From the human T2T-CHM13v2.0 reference genome, Homo sapiens: DNA of 64,000 nt. The position numbers and the translations under genes were made by a program. Below are positions 56,420 through 64,000 of the stretch, one piece after another (within the stretch, counting starts at the first letter, position 1; the number at the start of each line of letters is the position of its first letter). The stretch lies in assembly GCF_009914755.1 (NCBI RefSeq), contig NC_060938.1. One strand, given 5' to 3'. The notes beneath the pieces are model-generated. The model saw only the letters and a list, made by a program, of their open reading frames with translations. It was not told the DNA's origin and searched no databases.

Positions 56420-56770
56420 AATCCATTCCATTCCATTCCATTCAATACCATTCCATTCCATTTGAATCCATTTCATTTCATTCTATTCCATTCCTCTCCA
56501 TTCCATTCTATTCCATTCCACTCCATTCTCTCCATTCCATTCCATTCTTTTCGAGTCCTTTGCATTCTACTCGCTTCCATTCCATTCCATTCCATTCCAA
56601 TCCATTCCATTCCATTCAATACCATTCCATTCCATTTGAATCCATTTCATTTCATTCTATTCCATTCCTCTCCATTCCATTCTATTCCATTCCACTCCAT
56701 TCTCTCCATTCCATTTGGGTCCATTCCATTCCATTCCTTTAGAGTCCTTTGCATTCTACTCAATTCCACT
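56420..56770. repeat. 174-bp tandem duplication in domain 2
   Basis: caataccattccattccatttgaatccatttcatttcattctattccattcctctcc at 56443 and 56617. Confidence 0.85.
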
Positions 56771-59739
56771 CCATTCCATTCCATTCCTGTCCATTCCACT
56801 CCATTACATTACATTCGATTCGAGTCCATTCAATTCCATTCCATTCCATTCCATTTGAGCCCACTCCATTACTTTCCATTCAATTCAAGTCCATCCCATT
56901 CCACACCTTCCATTCGTGGCCACTCCATTCAATTCCATTTGAGTCAAGTCCATTGCATTCCATTTGATTCCATTCCATTGCATTCCATTCCATTCCTTTC
57001 GAGTCCATTGAATTCCATTCAAGTCCATTCTATTCCATTGTATTCGAGTCCATTCCAAAGCATTTCATTCCATTCGAGTCTATTCCATTCGAGTCTATTC
57101 CATTCCATGTGAGTCCATTCTGTTCCGTTCCCCTCCGTTCTGTTCTGATCCGTTCAATTCCATTTGGGTCCATTCTATTCCATTCGAATCCATTCCATTC
57201 CATTCCATTGCACTCTAGTCGATTCCATTCTCTTCCAATCCATTCGAGTCTATTCCATTTCATTCGAGTCCATTCCAATCCATTCCATTCCATTCGAGGC
57301 CACTTCATTCCATTCCATTCCATTCCATTCCATTCCATTCAAGACCTTTCCATGCCATACCTTTCCATTCGAGTCCATTCCATTCCATTCCATTCGAGTC
57401 CATTCCATTCCTTTCCACTCGAGTCAATTCTATTCCATTTGAGTCCATTCCATTCCATTTCATGCAAGTCCATTCCATTCCATTCCATTCCATTCCATTC
57501 CATTCCATTCCACTCCATTTCATTCCAATCCACTCCATTCCATTCCATTCGTGTCCATTGCATTCAATTCCATTCAAGTGTGTTCCTTTTCATTCCGTTC
57601 CTTTCCATTCCATTCCATTCGTGTCCGTTCTTTTCCATTCCATTCAAGTGTGTTCCATTCCTTTCCATTCCTTTCCATTCCATTCCAACCCATTCCATTC
57701 CATTCCATTCAATTCGGGTCCTTTCCATTCCACTCCATTCCATTCCATTCGTGTCTATTCCATTCCATTCCTTTCGAATCCAATCCATTCCATTATATTC
57801 CTTTCGAGTCCATTCCATTCCACTTGAGTTCATTCCATTCCATTCCACTCGAATCCATTCCAATCATTTACATTCCTTTCGAGTCCATTCCATTGCATTT
57901 GAGTAGTTTCCTTTCCTTTTCATTCGAGTCCATTGCATTCCACTCCCTTCTATTCCATTGAAGACCATTCCATTCCATTCCACTCCATTCCATTCCATTC
58001 CATTTGAGTCATTTCCATTCCATCTTATTCCATTCGATTCCATTCCATTCCATTTCATTAGAATCCATACCATTAGATTCCAATCCAGTAAATTCTACTG
58101 TATTCCATTAGAGTCCATTCCATTTCATTCCATTCCATTCGAGTCCATTCCTTTCCATTTTAAGTCCATTCCTTTCCATTCCATTCCATTCCAATCCATG
58201 CCATTCCTTTCAATTCCATTCCATTCCATTCTATTCTATTCCATTCCATTCCATTCCATTCCATTCCATTCCATGCCATTCCACACTTTTCGTGTCCATT
58301 TCATTACATTCCCTTGGAGTCTATTTCGTTCCATTCTATTCCATTCCACTACATTCCATTCCACTTGGGTCCATTCCATTCCATTCCTTTCGATTCCATT
58401 CATTCCATTCCAATCCTTTCCATTCCATTCCATTCAATACCATTCCATTTCTTTTGAGTCCATTTCATTTCATTCTATTCCATTCCTCTCCATTCAATTC
58501 TATTCCATTGCACTCCATTTTCTCCATTCAATTCGGGTCCAGTCCATTCCATTCTTTTGGAGTCCATTCCATTCCACTGGAGACCATTCCATTCCATTCC
58601 ATTCCATTCGAGTCCATTCCATTCCTTTATATTCCATTCGATTTGTGTCCATTCAATTCCATTCCATTTCAGCCCAATTGATTCCTATGCATTCAATTCC
58701 CGTCCGTTCCATTCCACCATTTCCTTTTGTGACCTCTCCGTTCAATTGAATTTGAGTCAATTCCATTGCATTCCATTCGATTGCATTCCATTGTCTTCCA
58801 TTCCATTGTTTTCAAGTCCATTGAAATCCATTCGATTCCATTCTATTCCATTCCATTCTAGTCCATTCCTTTGCATTCTATTCCATGCTATTCGGGTCCA
58901 TTCCTTTCCATTCCATTCCATTCCATTCCATTCTGACTCCTTTCCATTCCATTCCATTCCTGTCCATTCCATTCCATTCCATTCGAGTCCATTTTTTTCC
59001 TTTCCACTCGAGTCCATTCTATTCCATTCGAGTCCATTCCATTCCATTTCATTCAAGTCCATTCCATTCCAAACCATGATATTCCATTCCATTCCATTCC
59101 ATTCCATTCCATTCCATTCCATTCCATTCCATTCTGCTCCATTTCATTCCATTCGTGTCCATTCCATTCCATTCGAGTGTGGTCCATTCCATTCCGTTCC
59201 ATTCCATTCTGTTCCATTCAGTTCCATTCGGTTCCCTTCCATTCGATTCCATTCCAATCCCATTCAATTCTTTTCCTGTCCATTCCATTCCATTCCTTTC
59301 GAATCCATTCCATTCCATTATATTCCGTTCGAGTCCGTTCCTTTCCATTCCACTTGAGTCCATTCCATTCCATTCCCTTCATGTCGATTCCAATCAATTT
59401 CAGTACATTCAAGTCCATTCCATTGCATTCGAGTCCTTTCCATTTCATGTCATTTGAGTGTATTCCATTCTAATCCATTCTATTCCATCGAAGCCCATTC
59501 CGTTCCATTCCACTCCATTCCCGTCCATTCCATTCATGTCAATTCCATTCCATTCTATTCCATTCGATTCCATTCCTTTCCATTCCATTAGAGTCCATAC
59601 CATTATATTCCAATCCAGTAAATTCCACTGTATTCCATTCGAGTCCATTCCATTTCATTCGTTTCCATTGGAGTCCATTCCTTTCCTTTCGAGTCCATTC
59701 CTTTTTGTTCCATTCCATTCCAATCCATTCCATTGTTTT

Positions 59740-59990
59740 CTATTCCATTCCATTCCATTCCATAACATTCCATTCGATGCCATTCCACTCTTTCGATTCC
59801 ATTTAATTACATTCCCTTCAAGTCTATTCCATTCCATTCTAATCCATTACACTCCATTCCATTCCTTTCTATTCCATTCCATTCCATTCCATAACATTCC
59901 ATTCAATGCCATTCCTCTCTTTTCGATTCCATTTAATTACATTCCCTTCGAGTCTATTCCATTCCATTCCATTCCATTCAATAACATTCC
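59740..59990. repeat. ~130-bp tandem duplication in domain 2
   Basis: ccataacattccattc(g/a)atgccattcc...tttcgattccatttaattacattcccttc(a/g)agtctattcc at ~59760 and ~59889. Confidence 0.85.
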
Positions 59991-60900
59991 ATTCCTTTTG
60001 AGTCCATTTCATTTCATTCTATTCAATTCCTCTCCATTCCATTCTATTCCATTCCACTCCATTCTCTCCATTCCATTGAGGTCCATTCCATTCTATTCCT
60101 TTTGAATCCATTCCATTGTACTCGAGTCCATTCCATTCTATTCCATTCGCGCCTCTTCCATTCTATTCCATTCAAGTCTATTCCATTCCATTCCATTAGA
60201 GTCCATTCCATTACATTCCATTGTATTCCATTCGAGTTCATTCCATTCCATTCCATTCATGTCTATTTCATTCTATTCGATTGCATTCCATTCCAATTCT
60301 TTCAAGTCCATTCCACTCCATTCAATTCTATTCATTCAAATCCATTCCATTCCATACCATACCATTCCGGTCCGTTCCATTCCATCCCATTCTGGTCCAT
60401 TCCTTTCCATTCTATTCGAGTCTATTCCATTCCATTCAAGTCCATGACATTCCATTCCTTTCCACTCGAGACCATTCCTTTCCATTCCGTTAGGGTCCAT
60501 TCCTATCCATTCCATTCGAGTCCATTCCAATACATTCCATCACATTCGATTCCATTGCATTCCTATCCATTCCATTCGGGTCCATTCCATTCTATTCCAT
60601 TCCTTTAGGTTCCATTCCATTCCATTCCATTCGAGTCCATTCCATTCCATTTCATTCTTGTCCATTCCATTCAATTCCATTCTCTTCCATTCAAGTCCAT
60701 TCCATTCCATTCAATTTGAGACCATATAATTTCATTCCATTCCAATGGAGTACATTCCATTCCATTAGAGTCCATTCCATTGGACTCCAATCCAGTAAAT
60801 TCCGTACTATTCCATTCGAGCCCATTCCATTTCATTTCATTCCCTTCGATTCCATTCCATTCATTTCAAGTCCATTCCATTCGATTCCATTGCATTCCAT

Positions 60901-61020
60901 TCCATTCCATTCCAATCAATTCCATTCCGTTCTATTCCATTCAAATCTACTCCATTCCATTCCATTCCGTTCCAATCAATTCCATTCCGTTCTATTCCAT
61001 TCAAATCTACTCCATTCCAT
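60901..61020. repeat. 60-bp tandem duplication (59/60 identical)
   Basis: Lines 60901-60960 and 60961-61020 differ at one base. Confidence 0.92.
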
Positions 61021-64000
61021 TCCATTCCATTTGCATCCAATCCATTTCATTCGAGTTCATTCCATTCAATTCCATTCGATACCATTACATATCATTCCAT
61101 TCAAATCCGTTAAATTTCATTCCATTCGAGTCAATTCCATTCCATTACGTTCCATTCCATTCCTTTAGAGTCTATTCCATTCCATTCCATTCTATTTGGG
61201 TCCATTCAATTGCATTCCTTTTGAATCCATTGCATTCAATTCCATTCCATTCTAATGCATTCCATTGCATTCTAATAGAGTCCATTCCACTAAATTCCAA
61301 TCTATTCCATTCGAGTCAGTTCCCTTCCATTCCATTCAATTCGTGGCCTGTCCTTCCATTGGAGTCCATTCCATTCCATTCCTTTTATATTCATTCCATT
61401 CCATCCCTTTCTGTTCCATTCAAGCACATTCTAATCCACACCATTCAATCCCATTCCATTCCGTTCCATTCCATTCCATTCCATTCCATTCCATTCCATT
61501 CCATTCCTTTCCATTGCATTCCATTCCATTCGTGTCCATTACATTCCTTTCCATTCCATTCGCGTCTGTTCCATTCCATTCGATTCCAGTCCATTTAATT
61601 CATTTTGATTCCATTCGAGTCCATTCCACTCCATTGCATTAGAGTACATTCCATTCGATTCCATTCCATTCTATTTGAGTCCATTCCTTTCTATTACATT
61701 TGAGTCAATTCCATTCCATTCCATTCCAGTGCAATCCATTCCATTCCATTCCATTCCATTCCATTCCATTCCATTCCATTCCATTCCATTCCATTCCACG
61801 TGAGTCTTTTCGTTTCCATTCCATTCCATTCTAATCTATTCCATTCCATTGGCATTCATTCCATTGAATTCCATTCGAGTCAGTTCCATTCTATTCCATT
61901 CGTGTCCATTCTCTTCCATTCCATTCCATTAAAATCAATTCCATTCCATTCCATTGCTATCCATTCCATTCAATTTCATTCCATTCCATTCCATTCCGTT
62001 CCATCCCATTTGGGTCCATTCCATTCCACTCCATTCAAGTCCATTCCATTCGAGTATATTCCCTTCCATTGCATGCCATTCGAATACATTCCACTGCATT
62101 CCATTTCGTTTGAGTCCATTCCATTCCATTTGAGTCCATTCCATTCCATTCCATTCCATTCGAGTACATTCCTTTCCATTACTTTCCATTCAAATCTTTT
62201 CCATGGCATTTGAGTCCTTTCCATTCCGTTTGATTCGAATCCATTCCTCTCCATTCCATTTTATTCCATTCATGTCCTTTCCGTTACATTCCACTCCACT
62301 CAATTCCCTTCCCTTCCAGTCCATTCCATTCCATCCCATTCCATTCTGTATCTTTCGTGTCCATTCCATTCTATTCCATTTGAATCCATTCTATTCTATT
62401 CTCTTCCATTCGAGTCCATTCCATTCCATTCCAATAGAGTCCATACCATTAGTTTACAAACCGGAAAATTTCACTCTATTCCATTTGAGTCCATTCCACT
62501 GCATTCCATTCCATTTCATTCGAGTACATTTAATTGCATTCGAGTCCATTCCATTCCATTCCATTCCATTCTATTCGAGTCCATTCCATACCATTACATT
62601 CCATTCGACTCGAATCCATTCAACTCCCTTCCATTCCATTGAAACCCAATCAACTCCATTCCAATCGAGTCCATTCTATTCCATTAAATTCAACTAGAGT
62701 CCATTTTCCATTCCATTCAAGTCAATTCTATTCCATATCATTCGAGTCCATTCCATTCCTTTCCATTCTAATCCATTCAAGTCCATTCCATTCTATTCCA
62801 TTCCATTCCATTCCAGTCCATTCCATTCCATTCTATTTCATTCGATTCCATTCCATTCCATTCCATTCGAGTCCATTCCATTACATTCTATTGCATTCGA
62901 TTCCATTCCATTACATTCCACTTGAGTCCATTCCTTTCCATTCCATTCGAGTCCATTCCATTGCAGTCGACTCCATTCCATTCCATTTTATTTGAGTCCA
63001 TTCCAATCAATTCCATTCTATTGCATTCCATTCCATGCCATTCCATTCCGTTCCATTCCATTCCATTCTATTCGAGTCCATTCCATTCCGTTCGCTTCCA
63101 TTCAAGTCTATTCCATTCCATTTCGTTAGTCAATTCCGTTAGATTCCAGTCCAATAAATTCCATTCTATTCTATTTGAGTCCATTCCATTCCATTCCACT
63201 TGAGTCCACTCCATTCAATTCCATTCTCTACTAATCCATTCTGTTCCATTCTATTCCATTCCATTCCATTCCATTCAAGTCCATTCCATTCCCATCCTTT
63301 CGAGTCCATTCTATTCCGTTCCTTACCTTTCAAGTTTATTTCATTCCATTGCATGCCATTCCAGTCCATTCCACTGCATTCCATTTCATTCGAGTCCATT
63401 GCATTCCATTCCACTCGAGTCGATTTTATTGCTTTCCATTCCATTCAGGTCCATTCCATTTCATTTGAGTCCATTCCATTCCTTTCCATTCCATTCGAAT
63501 CCATTCCATTCCATTCCATTCCATTCCAATCCATACGTTTCAGGTACATTCAATTGAACTGCTTTCCATTCGAGTCCATTCCATTCCATTCCACGCCATT
63601 CCATTCCATTCCATTCCATTCGAGTCCATTCCATGCCATTCCATTTGAGTCCATTTCATTCCATTCCATTCCATTCCATTTGAGTTCATTCCATTCCATT
63701 CCAGCCCATTCCATTCGAATCCATTCGTCTCCACACCGTTCAAATCCAAACCATTCCATTAGAGTCCACTCCATTCCTTTGCATTCGAGTCCATTCGAAT
63801 CCACTCTCTTCCATTAGAGTCCATTCCATTCCATTCCATTCGAGTCCATCCCATTCCATTTTATTCCATTTCATTCCATTCCATTGAATTCCAATCCATT
63901 CAATGCCCTTCCATTCCTCTCCATTCCATTCCATTCCATTCCTTTCAATTCCATTTGGGATCATTCCATTCCTGTCCTTTCGATTCCATTCCATTCCATT

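Larger units (their letters stand above)
1..64000 (+). repeat. Satellite III (HSat3) array, (CATTC)n on + / (GGAAT)n on -
   Basis: Continuous degenerate CATTC pentamers from first to last base. G is strongly depleted on +. No stretch of GGAAT on +, so no strand switch. Six-frame translations are all HSIPF/MEWNG repeats. Confidence 0.98.
50121..64000 (+). repeat. HSat3 domain 2: diverged array with (C)ATTCGAGTCC / TTTGAGTC / TTCAAGTC / TTCGGGTCC interruptions, HSat3A-like
   Basis: The GGGTTGATT motif essentially disappears. cattcgagtccattcc becomes the dominant interruption (e.g. 50397, 50617, 51901, 52477). Substitution density is visibly higher than in domain 1. The A-type label is inference. 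Confidence 0.8.

Noticed and set aside
62451-62475. Apparent foreign insertion agtttacaaaccggaaaatttcac
   Set aside because: It aligns colinearly to the recurring satellite landmark at ~58065 and ~59595, and has no target-site duplication.
149-63994. Hundreds of ORFs (HSIPF- and MEWNG-repeat peptides)
   Set aside because: (CATTC)n and (GAATG)n contain no stop codons, and the minus strand has ATG every 5 bp. ORFs overlap in all frames and have no domain-like content.
50121-64000. Calling domain 2 HSat2, or specifically DYZ1 or D15Z1
   Set aside because: It lacks regular CATTCGATTC/ATGATG units. I see no homogeneous 3.6 kb or 1.8 kb tandem period. The specific subfamily and chromosome cannot be assigned without a search.
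1-64000. Canonical heat-shock elements, inversions, telomeric repeats, Alu/L1 or alpha satellite
   Set aside because: I saw no convincing alternating nGAAnnTTCnnGAAn arrays. There is no GGAAT tract on +. Isolated tagggtt occurrences are decamer variants. No non-satellite segment longer than ~30 bp was seen.

Overview
The whole 64 kb window is human/primate Satellite III (HSat3): a (CATTC)n/(GGAAT)n pentamer array with the C-rich strand on + throughout. I see no unique sequence, gene, RNA gene, transposon, CRISPR array or inversion. Every ORF in the track is a translation artefact of the pentamer (HSIPF/MEWNG repeats). The window holds two sequence domains. Positions 1-~50120 are interrupted by the classical CACTCGGGTTG(ATT) decamer (HSat3B-like) and are built from reshuffled modules and nested tandem/dispersed duplications (45 bp to ~4.4 kb, with ~18.3-18.6 kb and ~36.9 kb long-range offsets). 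At ~50120 the array switches abruptly, on the same strand, to a more diverged TTCGAGTC-type array (HSat3A-like). That second domain contains a ~0.9 kb (CACTC)n-rich island and a decayed ~1.4-1.8 kb higher-order unit. I found no support for a new protein-coding system. The points of interest are the subfamily junction, the readable duplication chronology, CpG-decay signatures and a few amplified TF-like motifs. Block boundaries were read by eye and from offsets between matching ORF translations, so they are approximate (about +/-50 bp). Subfamily labels are from memory of HSat3 motifs, not from a database search.
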